Shown here: piece by piece, positions 28,066 through 37,030 of the stretch | Layout of the letters: each line of letters starts with the position of its first letter | Numbering within the stretch: the first letter of the stretch is position 1 | NCBI GenBank assembly: GCA_030430425.1 | Contig: JAUIFS010000001.1 | Coordinates: 5,992 to 69,991, forward strand | DNA from: a bacterium | Lineage (GTDB): Bacteria; Patescibacteriota; Minisyncoccia; Phycocordibacterales; UBA918 | DNA length: 64,000 nt | Reading direction: 5' to 3' | Translations under genes and position numbers: made by a program | Notes under the pieces: model-generated | The model's input: only the letters and a program-made list of their open reading frames with translations | Databases searched by the model: none | Told to the model about the DNA's origin: nothing

Positions 28066-28788
28066 TTATAACTTCTTCCACAGCAACTTAAACAGCTTCT
28101 CTTGAAACCTTGCTATCTTTGCTGACTCTACAATGAATGCCGTATCTGAATCGTAGTCCACATATGCTGTCTTGTCTGCATAGACCACGAGCGAAATATT
28201 GTCTTCAAAGAGGTCGAAGTCTTTAGGGATTGCTTTTATGGTGCGTTCCAACTTCTGTTCTTTTTCTGCTGCCTTTGCTTCGCTTGTAATCACCAAGCGT
28301 TCGATCTGTTTTGCGTCACGAACCTGCATGTAGTAAGTATCTTTGTATGGCGTGCTGTCACCTAGATGCGAAGTGTAACGATAAAAGGTGCTTCCTCGTG
28401 GTAGTGAGTATGCAATATCATCATATACAAAACGTAGTCCCTTCTTCCCTTCAAAGTATCTAATGGTTGGTCGTTCAGGTTCTACTTCTTTATATTCTTC
28501 AACCAGGCTGGTGAGCATGTTTGTAGTGTCTTCTTGCTTCTTTTTATACTGAGTCAAGATGCGTTCGGGCGATTCTGCTTTATAAAAAATACGCTTCTGC
28601 TTTTGTACAAGACTGACATACCCGCTATTCTGCATTTTAGGCAGAAGTGTATACAGTGCAGGTCGATTGATATGTGTTTCTTTGCTAATGCTCGAAAGTG
28701 ACATAATGCCTCCCTGTAATAGCGTCTCATATACGGCTGCTTCCTTTTTAGTTAAGCCTGCATGAATGAGAATTTCGAAGGTATTCAT
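28066..28788 (-). CDS. TrmB-family HTH transcriptional regulator
   Basis: GLTKKEAAVY..LL, wHTH, and P.IRYFEG..G motif typical of CPR TrmB proteins. Confidence 0.85.
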   Translation of the reverse strand: MNTFEILIHAGLTKKEAAVYETLLQGGIMSLSSISKETHINRPALYTLLPKMQNSGYVSLVQKQKRIFYKAESPERILTQYKKKQEDTTNMLTSLVEEYKEVEPERPTIRYFEGKKGLRFVYDDIAYSLPRGSTFYRYTSHLGDSTPYKDTYYMQVRDAKQIERLVITSEAKAAEKEQKLERTIKAIPKDFDLFEDNISLVVYADKTAYVDYDSDTAFIVESAKIARFQEKLFKLLWKKL

Positions 28789-28949
28789 GGAAATTTGTAA
28801 GATATATTTACAAAACTAATATAGTTTAATATAAACACATAATTACTAAAAAGCAATTATATTTTCATATGTATGTACTTTAGTCTGACAAAAATAATTC
28901 TGAACGTATAGTAAGCCTGAAAGTTCTTTACAAAAGAAAGGAGGATCCC

Positions 28950-29528
28950 ATGTCGATCTTCAGAGTAAACCAAAATGCCGTACAGAACCAAGCGATGCAG
29001 TTTGCAATCATGGCGCATGCAAATCAGGTGCGTAAAGGCAATGAGCACATCCCGTATGTTTTTCATGTGATCGATGTTGCTGAAGAAGTGATCTACTACT
29101 CGGATCTCCCAGTTGCGCAGCTGGAGACTGCGGCAGTTGTTGCGCTTCTGCATGACACGGTTGAGGATACGATCGTTACTATTGCCGATATTGAAAATAA
29201 CTTCGGCAAAGAAGTTGCGCAAGGTGTTGCAGCCTTAAGCAAAGACGCATCAATTGTTGAGGCATCAGAGATCTCAAAGCTACAACAGCTGCAGGAAAGC
29301 ATTAAACGCATCAAAGCGGCACCGCGTTACGTATGGGCAGTGAAAATGGCTGACCGTGTATCGAACCTCAAGAATTTTCCAGCTATGTGGAGCCGGGAAA
29401 AGATTGAGCAGTATCTCGATGAGTCTGTATTGATTGCTCGAGAGCTTAGCGAAGCGTCCGAAGGGCTCCATGCTCGGTTGCTGATGCGGATCGCAGAAGC
29501 ACGGCGTATGCTCTGTATCAAAACATGA
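28950..29528 (+). CDS. stand-alone RelA/SpoT-type HD hydrolase (small alarmone hydrolase / Mesh1-like)
   Basis: AH.NQVRK...PY..H, ALLHDTVED and VKMADR..NL motifs. Strong AAGGAGG SD. Confidence 0.88.
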   Translation: MSIFRVNQNAVQNQAMQFAIMAHANQVRKGNEHIPYVFHVIDVAEEVIYYSDLPVAQLETAAVVALLHDTVEDTIVTIADIENNFGKEVAQGVAALSKDASIVEASEISKLQQLQESIKRIKAAPRYVWAVKMADRVSNLKNFPAMWSREKIEQYLDESVLIARELSEASEGLHARLLMRIAEARRMLCIKT

Positions 29529-29540
29529 AAGGAGGATGAA

Positions 29541-29819
29541 ATGAAGCAGCACACAGTAGTTCGGCAGGACTGGCTTGAGTCGGAAGCAGGTTGGGGTGTT
29601 CGTCCTGATGGATATACACTCCATCTCTCAGAAGAGGATCGAGAGCTGTTCATTGAGGAGTATTGGGCAGGAATGCCCGATGCTGTTCCAAGCGAATACT
29701 CGCGACCATGTGGAGGCTTGAAGTTCGTCGAGGTTGACCAAGAGCGCTATGAAGCGCTGCAGGAGCAACGTGATAGCAAGGAGCCGTTTGGCGTCTCGTG
29801 TTATGGCCTGTGGTTTTAA
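29541..29819 (+). CDS. hypothetical protein (W.ESE.GWG.RPDG motif)
   Basis: 92-aa ORF with AAAGGAGG SD, directly downstream of the HD gene on the same strand. Confidence 0.75.
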   Translation: MKQHTVVRQDWLESEAGWGVRPDGYTLHLSEEDRELFIEEYWAGMPDAVPSEYSRPCGGLKFVEVDQERYEALQEQRDSKEPFGVSCYGLWF

Positions 29820-29879
29820 AAACATCTTCTCACGGCGAGCAAAGCTCGCCGTGGTTTCTTTGAGAAAAGGAGAAAGAGT

Positions 29880-30521
29880 ATGTCAGGAAGAAAACATACC
29901 GATATACCAAAGATTGAGGATTATAAACCACTAGATCCTGCTGGCAATACATTTTGGATGCCGGTGCCGCACGCATGTTCATCAACACTCGATATGTCGT
30001 ATGATGTGCAAACTGCTTTAGTTGCATGGGGTGTAATACCGGTTTGTGACAAACCGTTTACGCAAATTATGCACCCTGATGATCCGAAGGTTGGGAAGTT
30101 TACCCTCCCTAAAGGGTGGAGTGTTCCATATCGCGGTAGGTTTGAGTGGTCATTGCGAGACGAGAACGATCGAGAGCGGGTTCGCATTTACTACGAATCT
30201 GGTCCGTATGACTACATTGTGCAGAGTCATCTTAGAATCCCATTCGATCTTCAAACGAGGATTTCTCGTGGCAAGGTACCACCACGAAAATGGTGGATGG
30301 AGCTATCGCACCATGGTCGGACTGTTTTTAAGAGTGATGTGATTCGGCCCTTCCCCAAGAAGGTGCGAAAATTACAAAAACAGATGGGTGAGGTGGAGTT
30401 CTCAATGAAGGTGTTCTTTCCTAGAATGGGCATCCTGAGGCCACCACTTGAAGAGGCGGCGAAAGCGTTTCTCAAAGAGAACTATCCTGATTTCCCGGTA
30501 GATCCAAATGCATATTGGTAA
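29880..30521 (+). CDS. hypothetical protein
   Basis: 213-aa ORF with AAAGGAG SD, followed by the hairpin aacccgtcgaa/ttcgacgggtt. Confidence 0.7.
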   Translation: MSGRKHTDIPKIEDYKPLDPAGNTFWMPVPHACSSTLDMSYDVQTALVAWGVIPVCDKPFTQIMHPDDPKVGKFTLPKGWSVPYRGRFEWSLRDENDRERVRIYYESGPYDYIVQSHLRIPFDLQTRISRGKVPPRKWWMELSHHGRTVFKSDVIRPFPKKVRKLQKQMGEVEFSMKVFFPRMGILRPPLEEAAKAFLKENYPDFPVDPNAYW

Positions 30522-30585
30522 GTTGGTATCACTAGATGTAAACCCGTCGAATAGAATTCGACGGGTTTTTCTATATACTGTTTGC

Positions 30586-30870
30586 ATGGAACTTTCTGAA
30601 CGATATATGCAGAAGTTTGAGCAGGAAGGGTTTGCATCAGTGTATGAATGGCAGGACCCTCCCGGAACAGTATATGAAGAGCATGAGCACAAAGGAAAAG
30701 TGAGTCTTTTTGTCACCGATGGCTCAATTACATTTACTATTGACGGTAAGAATAAAGAAGTAATCGCCCCAGCGCGCATGGATATCCCTCCAAACACACC
30801 CCATTGTGCTGTTGTTGGTCCAGAGGGGTGGATTGTAATTGTTGCAGAGGAGATTGAAGGCGATAGTTAA
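30586..30870 (+). CDS. cupin domain protein
   Basis: H.H...V.DGS.TF...IPPNTPH. Start at ATG 30586, after TATACT. Confidence 0.85.
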   Translation: MELSERYMQKFEQEGFASVYEWQDPPGTVYEEHEHKGKVSLFVTDGSITFTIDGKNKEVIAPARMDIPPNTPHCAVVGPEGWIVIVAEEIEGDS

Positions 30871-30971
30871 TTTTGAAAACCCTATGAGAGACACGTGTGC
30901 ACGCACGTGTCTCTTTTTATGTGTATAGACTTATTATGAACACTTGTAATGATATATAATAGATACATCCT

Positions 30972-31640
30972 ATGATACGAAATGAGGAGACATACAAGCA
31001 GGTCCTTGAATTCCGTAAGCGGGGCTTCACCTATGCGGAGATCGCTAAGATATGTGGTGTTTCTAAGGCGACTGTTTCTAACTATGTTGCAAAAAAGAAG
31101 TTTTCAAAGCAGGTAGCAAAGGATAATAGTGAGCGGGCAGCGAAAGAAAACAAGAAGCGTATGCAGCTTTTGAACGCTGCACGTGCCTCAGAACGAAAGG
31201 TGCGCTACCGTGAAGCGTTGCGTTCTGCAGAAACTGAGTACAAACACTACAAAAATTCTCCCCTGTTTACCGCTGGATTGATGATTTATCTCTGTGAGGG
31301 TGATATGAAGGATCGTTCTCGTATTCGTCTTACAACGCAAAACAAGGATGCTCATCGGCTATTTATAACATTCTTAGTTGAGTATCTGGGAGTTTCAAAA
31401 GCTGATGTGTCTTTCTGGTTATTGCTGTATATGGGAATGCAGGAGACAAAGGAGATAAGATGGTGGGCGCGACATGCTCGGCTGTCTGTTTCACAGTTTG
31501 GAAAGACGCAGTTTGTTGCTCAGCAGTCTAAAAAGAAAATATTGCATCATGGCACAGGAAATACTATAATCGTGGACACTGTTTTGAAGCAGAAGCTCAA
31601 TCGATGGATTACACTTGCTTCGAAGGAGTTAGGAAAATAA
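30972..31640 (+). CDS. HTH protein with degenerate LAGLIDADG-like domain, tRNA-adjacent CPR family
   Basis: N-terminal HTH (RKRGFTYAEIAKICGVSKATVS) and AGLMIYLCEG motif. Stops 5 bp before tRNA-Gly. Confidence 0.7.
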   Translation: MIRNEETYKQVLEFRKRGFTYAEIAKICGVSKATVSNYVAKKKFSKQVAKDNSERAAKENKKRMQLLNAARASERKVRYREALRSAETEYKHYKNSPLFTAGLMIYLCEGDMKDRSRIRLTTQNKDAHRLFITFLVEYLGVSKADVSFWLLLYMGMQETKEIRWWARHARLSVSQFGKTQFVAQQSKKKILHHGTGNTIIVDTVLKQKLNRWITLASKELGK

Positions 31641-31645
31641 CAAAA

Positions 31646-31719
31646 GCGGCCATAGTTTAGTGGTAAAACGTATCGTTGCCAACGATAAGTCGGGGTTTCG
31701 ATTACCCCTGGCCGCACCA
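31646..31719 (+). tRNA. tRNA-Gly(GCC)
   Basis: gcggcca...tggccgc-acca, anticodon arm tatcg-ttgccaa-cgata. Confidence 0.95.
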
Positions 31720-31815
31720 ATCAGTATGACTAAAAAACACCTTTCTTAAGAAAGGTGTTTTTTAGTCATAGCAAGCAAACTGCTTTGCTTGCGTGCTGAT
31801 TGGTGAGCCGGAGAC

Positions 31816-32059
31816 ATGTATTGCTGGTCTCGCGTTTGTGTTACTACTTATTTCCCTACTTGGACAGCGATTCACAACACAGATAGCTTGGGCGGCGGAC
31901 ACACATGGGTGGTTTAAGCGAACACTAGGAGTGCTTTTCCTGCTGGTTGGTCTGAGTATTGCAACTGGGTTTGATAAGGTTATAGAAACAAAGATCCTCG
32001 ATTCTGGGTTTAATACTGTACAGTTTGAAAATAAGCTACTAGAGTCTGCCTTGGAATAG
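31816..32059 (+). pseudogene. C-terminal remnant of CcdA/DsbD-like cytochrome c biogenesis membrane protein
   Basis: GLAFVLLLISLLGQRF...GWFKRTLGVLFLLVGLSIATGFDKVIE. No ATG/RBS start; begins right after the tRNA trailer. Confidence 0.55.
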
Positions 32060-32166
32060 AAAATAAGCCGTTTTCTGACACCATATAGCATATCTGCTAT
32101 ATGGTGTATCTTTTTACGTACTTCTTTGGTACTATACGATGGAATAGTTATTTAAGAGGACAAACT

Positions 32167-33075
32167 ATGCTAGAAAACAAGAAGAAACCAACCATTGTCC
32201 TCCCCGAGGGTAATGAAGAGCGAATACTGCTTGCTGCAAAACAGGTTCTTAAGGAGGCGTTTTGCCGGCTTATCATTATCGGTGATGCTGCCTATGTAGC
32301 AAGTATTCTTGGCGATCTGTCGGGATACAGTGTTGTTTCGCCGGACAAAGGTGTTGCACTTGCTCGCTTGCAGCAGGCACGAATTGCTGCTGGGAAGAAG
32401 GAGCTTGCTGTCCCCTACCCAAATCTTGTGCAGGCTGCGGAAATGGTTCGTGATGGTACTGCTGATGGTGTCGTAGGAGGCGCTGAAGCAACAACCGATG
32501 TTGTGGCTGTTGTGTTTGCTAAAGTGATTGGGCTTAAGGCCGGGTTTAACTTGGTATATGACTGCTTCAAGATGGAAAAGGGCGACCAGGTCCTTGTTTT
32601 TGCCAACTGCGCACTGCTTGAAGTACCTACTACTGAGCAGCGTGCCGAAATAGCAATTTTGGCTGGTGAGTTTGCACGCTTTCTTGGTCTGGATCCAAAA
32701 GTCGCACTGCTGGATTATCAGACTGTTGGAAATGCACCGCGTCCATTACCGCAAGAGACCGCTCATGCTGTGCAAATTGCGCTGCAAAAGGCAGATTTTC
32801 CTGTTGATGGTCCCCTGCAGCTTGATGCTGCGGTAAATAAGACCATTGCTGCAAAAAAAGCACCTGACAGTCAAGTTGCTGGTAATGCAAACGTTCTTGT
32901 GTTTCCTGATCTGCGTTCAGGAAACATAGGATACAAAAACGCAGCACAGCTTGGAGGTTGGGTTGCAACCGGTCCTATACTGCTTGGTACTAAAAAACCT
33001 GCTAACGACCTTTCTCGTGGTTCTACTGTTGAAGAGATTGTAAGCACAATCAAGTTGACCGCACTGCAGGTATAG
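32167..33075 (+). CDS. pta: phosphate acetyltransferase
   Basis: IVLPEG, DGPLQLDAA, ANVLVFPDLRSGNIGYK and NDLSRG motifs. Confidence 0.92.
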   Translation: MLENKKKPTIVLPEGNEERILLAAKQVLKEAFCRLIIIGDAAYVASILGDLSGYSVVSPDKGVALARLQQARIAAGKKELAVPYPNLVQAAEMVRDGTADGVVGGAEATTDVVAVVFAKVIGLKAGFNLVYDCFKMEKGDQVLVFANCALLEVPTTEQRAEIAILAGEFARFLGLDPKVALLDYQTVGNAPRPLPQETAHAVQIALQKADFPVDGPLQLDAAVNKTIAAKKAPDSQVAGNANVLVFPDLRSGNIGYKNAAQLGGWVATGPILLGTKKPANDLSRGSTVEEIVSTIKLTALQV

Positions 33076-33161
33076 AGGTGAGAAAACAAAAAAGGCGCTC
33101 AAGAGAGCGCCTTTTTCCTTTGTTTCATGTGTAACACCATGTGTTTGTTGCACGTGAAACA

Positions 33162-33695
33162 CTATTTATCCTTTATGTTCTTCAGATAGTAGTCACGATT
33201 TACAAAGGTGAGAGGGTCTGCCTTATCAGTAAACATTATGCCGTTTAGGTGATCGATTTCATGCTGAATTACACGAGCAAGAAGTCCTGATGCTGCTTTC
33301 TCTTGCAATTCACCTGCTTGATCCATGTACTGAACGGTCACCTCTATAGGACGTTCCACTTTTCCAAAAAAAGTACCATTAAGAACACTCCCGCATCCCT
33401 CATAACCATATTCTGTTTCGTGTGAAACTGAAATAATTTCAGGGTTGATGTAGATACAAAGTGGATCAGGGTCCTTTATATCAGGGCGATTCTTTGTTGC
33501 CACAATCTCGGAGACAAAAATACGGTCTATTTCACCTATTTGACAGGCAGCCATCCCTACAAGTCCAGTGTCTCGCATGGTGTCAACTAGGTCAGCAATG
33601 ACTTGCTGAACGCGAGAATCTTCCACATTAGCTACATGCTGTAGTGTTTCACGTAAAACAGGTTCGCCAATTTGAATTGTTTCTCTGATAGCCAT
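33162..33695 (-). CDS. def: peptide deformylase
   Basis: VGMAACQIG, EGCGS and QHEIDHLNG motifs. Confidence 0.93.
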   Translation of the reverse strand: MAIRETIQIGEPVLRETLQHVANVEDSRVQQVIADLVDTMRDTGLVGMAACQIGEIDRIFVSEIVATKNRPDIKDPDPLCIYINPEIISVSHETEYGYEGCGSVLNGTFFGKVERPIEVTVQYMDQAGELQEKAASGLLARVIQHEIDHLNGIMFTDKADPLTFVNRDYYLKNIKDK

Positions 33696-33773
33696 TTTAT
33701 ACCTCTATATTTATCTATTTCAGACTTCAGTATACAGAAATATCTTTAATGCGAAAGATATTTGTATGGAACA

Positions 33774-34199
33774 CTATTTCTTGTCCACTGAGTACCGACC
33801 GGCTCCAAGTCCTGCAATGGCTAGTGCACCAGCGAGGAACATTAATTGTAATTCGATTGCAGATCCGCCACCTCGTGCTGAAATAGTGAAAATTTCACCT
33901 ATATGTGCCAGTACAATAACAAAAACCATGGTGATTGTTACTAATTTTGCCGCTAAGCGTGTTTTATATCCAACGATAAGCATAATAGGCGCTACAACCT
34001 CACCAATATACACAAGGTATGCAAGCATTGCTGGTAAATGGTAGTTCTGGAAAAGACCTCCAATAAAATCAAGTGTTCCAGGATTAGAAATTTTATATAT
34101 TCCGTGGAGTAAGACTAGTAAACCAACAGCAAGACGTAAAATTAATTTTGCAGTGTCCGCAGACATGCAAGGTTCATTACATTTTTGTACTAAGTTCAT
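33774..34199 (-). CDS. DoxX family membrane protein
   Basis: LILRL..G...HG..K, E......G..TR.AA and GAGRYSVD motifs. Confidence 0.9.
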   Translation of the reverse strand: MNLVQKCNEPCMSADTAKLILRLAVGLLVLLHGIYKISNPGTLDFIGGLFQNYHLPAMLAYLVYIGEVVAPIMLIVGYKTRLAAKLVTITMVFVIVLAHIGEIFTISARGGGSAIELQLMFLAGALAIAGLGAGRYSVDKK

Positions 34200-34314
34200 A
34201 GCATGTATGTATTAAAATGATAGTACTGTATATAGTAGCATGCGGACTATGACTACGTTACACATGAAACATTATTTTCTTTGAAAAACAGCATTTCATG
34301 TGTAACATACAAGT

Positions 34315-34980
34315 ATGACTACTCTTCTGACAGCAGTTTTGCTTTATATTTTAGTGTTTGGGGCTGATTATCTGTTCTACGTGAAACAGGAAAAGTCATA
34401 TAAATACATTTCAGTGCAGACGTATATACTGTTTGTGATCGGGCAACTTGCCGCAATTTTTCTTTTTTATAATGAAATCACTTCATTTTTTGTCCATTGG
34501 CAATCAGAAGTCGTTTTCCTACTCATTTTTACAGCCTTTTTGCTACTTTTTACCTACGTGCTTATGCGTGACCGCTTGTATGTATGTAGTATGAGCTCAC
34601 GCTCATTACGATGTCTAACTCCTTGGTATGTATTGGTGAAAGGTGCTGAAATAGTGTTTCAGCAGCTTATTTACTTGATGGTTGCACTCACCCTCGCTTC
34701 CCTGCTTGGAGTCCATTTCTACACATACGTGGCATATATATTGATCCTACTTATCATGCACATCGTAGTGATACTTGGTGGTGGTCAAAGTGTTGTAAAA
34801 AGCCTTACATTTGGGCTATTTGCAATATCAGCTCCTATATTTTACGTATACACGGAAATGGGAGTATTTTGGCCCGCCGTGTACTTACATGGCGTCATGT
34901 ATGTGTTTTATTGGCTCACGATCGCTGACTTTGACGGTTCCTCGCTCAATTCTGCAGTAAAAGTGGAAAACCGTGGATAA
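34315..34980 (+). CDS. polytopic membrane protein, possibly CPBP/CAAX-protease-like
   Basis: About 7 TM segments; EIVFQ, H and YLHG positions resemble CPBP motifs. Confidence 0.6.
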   Translation: MTTLLTAVLLYILVFGADYLFYVKQEKSYKYISVQTYILFVIGQLAAIFLFYNEITSFFVHWQSEVVFLLIFTAFLLLFTYVLMRDRLYVCSMSSRSLRCLTPWYVLVKGAEIVFQQLIYLMVALTLASLLGVHFYTYVAYILILLIMHIVVILGGGQSVVKSLTFGLFAISAPIFYVYTEMGVFWPAVYLHGVMYVFYWLTIADFDGSSLNSAVKVENRG

Positions 34981-35130
34981 GTGAGTGGATAGGTGGATAA
35001 AGGACAGTACTTTATATATAAGAAATTTTAATTATATAGCTATAAATAAGGGTTTAATAACTAAAATCAATTATTTTGTACTTTACAACGTTTCACGTGA
35101 AACATATAAAAGATGTTACACATGGAACAT
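34962..35130. other. candidate replication origin (DnaA boxes, AT-rich tract, parS)
   Basis: Four tandem DnaA-box-like 9-mers (agtggaaaa, cgtggataa, agtggatag, ggtggataa; 34962-35000), then ~80 bp very AT-rich, then two parS sites. Confidence 0.5.
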
Positions 35131-35143
35131 TTAATACGTAAAT

Positions 35144-35548
35144 ATGAAGAAGAATGCTTATACAACAAAAGAAACAGGTAATTTAGGTGAAAGACTTGCC
35201 TGTGAGTATCTTGGGACGCAAGGATATATCATTATGGAGCGCAACTATTGGAAAAAATATGGTGAAATAGATATTATTGCTAAAAAAGATGGAATTATTC
35301 ACTTTATAGAGGTGAAAACTGTTTCATATGAAACAAAACAAGCTCTTGAGTATGCTGTTTCCCATGAAACATGGCGTCCAGAAGAACAGGTGACAGACAG
35401 GAAGCTTCACCAGATAGAAAAAGCACTAGAGACTTGGATTTCTGAGCGCCAGTATGAAGGGGAGTGGCAAATAGATGTAGCTGCAGTACGCATTGTACCA
35501 CGTGAAATATATGCAGCAGTCAACTATATTGCGAATATCATTCAATAA
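35144..35548 (+). CDS. yraN: YraN (UPF0102) PD-(D/E)xK nuclease-like protein
   Basis: GNLGE.LA..YL...GY.I.ERN, GEIDIIA and FIEVK motifs. Confidence 0.9.
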   Translation: MKKNAYTTKETGNLGERLACEYLGTQGYIIMERNYWKKYGEIDIIAKKDGIIHFIEVKTVSYETKQALEYAVSHETWRPEEQVTDRKLHQIEKALETWISERQYEGEWQIDVAAVRIVPREIYAAVNYIANIIQ

Positions 35549-35794
35549 ATGACTACAATTGGTACTATCTTGTCTAAAGGACATGTGTCTTTTAAAGGAG
35601 TCAGTCCCAGAAGTGCTGGCAGTAGTTGCGATTTCTTGAGGCAACTTCGGTGTTCAGTGTATTGCTGAAGAGGATTGAATTTTAATATGTTTTAAGTATT
35701 TTGTTTACAGCCATTTAACATTCCGGCAGAGCTTTCGATTCTGGTTCGTAAATATAAAGTGCCCAGACCTAGGTCTGGGCACTTTATATTTTTG

Positions 35795-35865
35795 TCGGGA
35801 TACTCAGAATCGAACTGAGGTCTTACGGTCCCAAACCGCACGCACTACCATTATGCTATACCCCG
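35795..35865 (-). tRNA. tRNA-Pro(UGG)
   Basis: cggggta...tatcccg-a, anticodon arm tgcgg-tttggga-ccgta. CCA not encoded. Confidence 0.92.
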
Positions 35866-36104
35866 AAAATTTAAAGAATTTTAAATTTTCGTTTAAACAA
35901 GTGATGTGAGAGCTTTAGCTCGAACCAGCTTGTTTCGCGAAGTGTCTTTAAATTCGATTAACCGTCGATCTGAGGCATGAGCCGAAGCAGATGGTTGCAC
36001 GAAGTCAAATATATAAATTCGCGACCAAAATAATACCATAATCAGTTTAAAATGCGAGTCATTAGATCATGTCTGGTACAATTGATGGCGATAGGGAATA
36101 TTTT

Positions 36105-37028
36105 ATGATTACACATTACTTTAAAACATTAAAAGATACTGAACTTAAAGAGGTTGATACGATACGTGCGGGCGTTTGGACGCATGTGGTTGCACCCACT
36201 GAAGATGAACTTGCAAAAGTTGTAGAGGAATATGGTCTCGACGAAGCTATTGTTGTAGACATCCAAGACTTCTTTGAAGTGCCACGTATGGAAAAGTCAG
36301 GAGGAGCAACATACTTTTTCACGCGGTATCCATTTGATGAAAAGGATGAAGACATCGATACTGCGCCTCTGCTTATCATAATGGGGGAGTCATACGTGGT
36401 AACTATTGCAATGCGAGAAGTACCACAGTTTGCATCATTTATAAAAGGAAAGACTGATGTGCATACCACGCAGAAAGCTCGTTTTTTTATTCAAATAATG
36501 GACACACTCACCAAGTCGTTTGAATACGAACTGATACGACTCCGCAAGTCAGTACACAGCGACCGGACAAAGCTACGACGTATCGGTAATCGAGAAATTG
36601 TTCGTTTAGTGAACTATGAACACGAGCTCAACGACATGATTGCTGCGGTAGTTCCGACTAATGCATGGCTCCAGCAGGTAACCACCGGAAACTACATGCA
36701 ACTTTTTTCTGAAGATGTGGAGCTTATGGAGGACGTAATGATTGCAAATAGTCAGTTGATTGATTCTGCACGTTCGGTGCTGAAGACTATTCAAAACATT
36801 CGTTCAGCTACCGAGTCGATTATGGCAAATAAGCTCAACAGAACCATTCAGACACTCACTGTGCTTACTATTATCCTTACCATTCCAACAATTATTGCTT
36901 CCTTGTATGGTATGAATGTTCCGTTGCCACTTTCTGAACACCCCTTTGCATTTTGGATGGTACTTACAGTGATTGTAATCGCAGTGATGACCGTTATTTT
37001 CATCTTTAAGAAAAGTCGATGGTTATAG
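36105..37028 (+). CDS. corA: CorA-family Mg2+ transporter
   Basis: PTIIASLYGMN motif and two C-terminal TM helices. Confidence 0.9.
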   Translation: MITHYFKTLKDTELKEVDTIRAGVWTHVVAPTEDELAKVVEEYGLDEAIVVDIQDFFEVPRMEKSGGATYFFTRYPFDEKDEDIDTAPLLIIMGESYVVTIAMREVPQFASFIKGKTDVHTTQKARFFIQIMDTLTKSFEYELIRLRKSVHSDRTKLRRIGNREIVRLVNYEHELNDMIAAVVPTNAWLQQVTTGNYMQLFSEDVELMEDVMIANSQLIDSARSVLKTIQNIRSATESIMANKLNRTIQTLTVLTIILTIPTIIASLYGMNVPLPLSEHPFAFWMVLTVIVIAVMTVIFIFKKSRWL

Positions 37029-37030
37029 GT

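Larger units (their letters stand above)
33121..35509. repeat. cluster of 12 parS-like 16-bp palindromes
   Basis: Matches to TGTTNCACGTGAAACA at 33121, 33146, 33414, 33645, 34256, 34292, 34373, 35089, 35114, 35320, 35356 and 35494. Confidence 0.85.
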
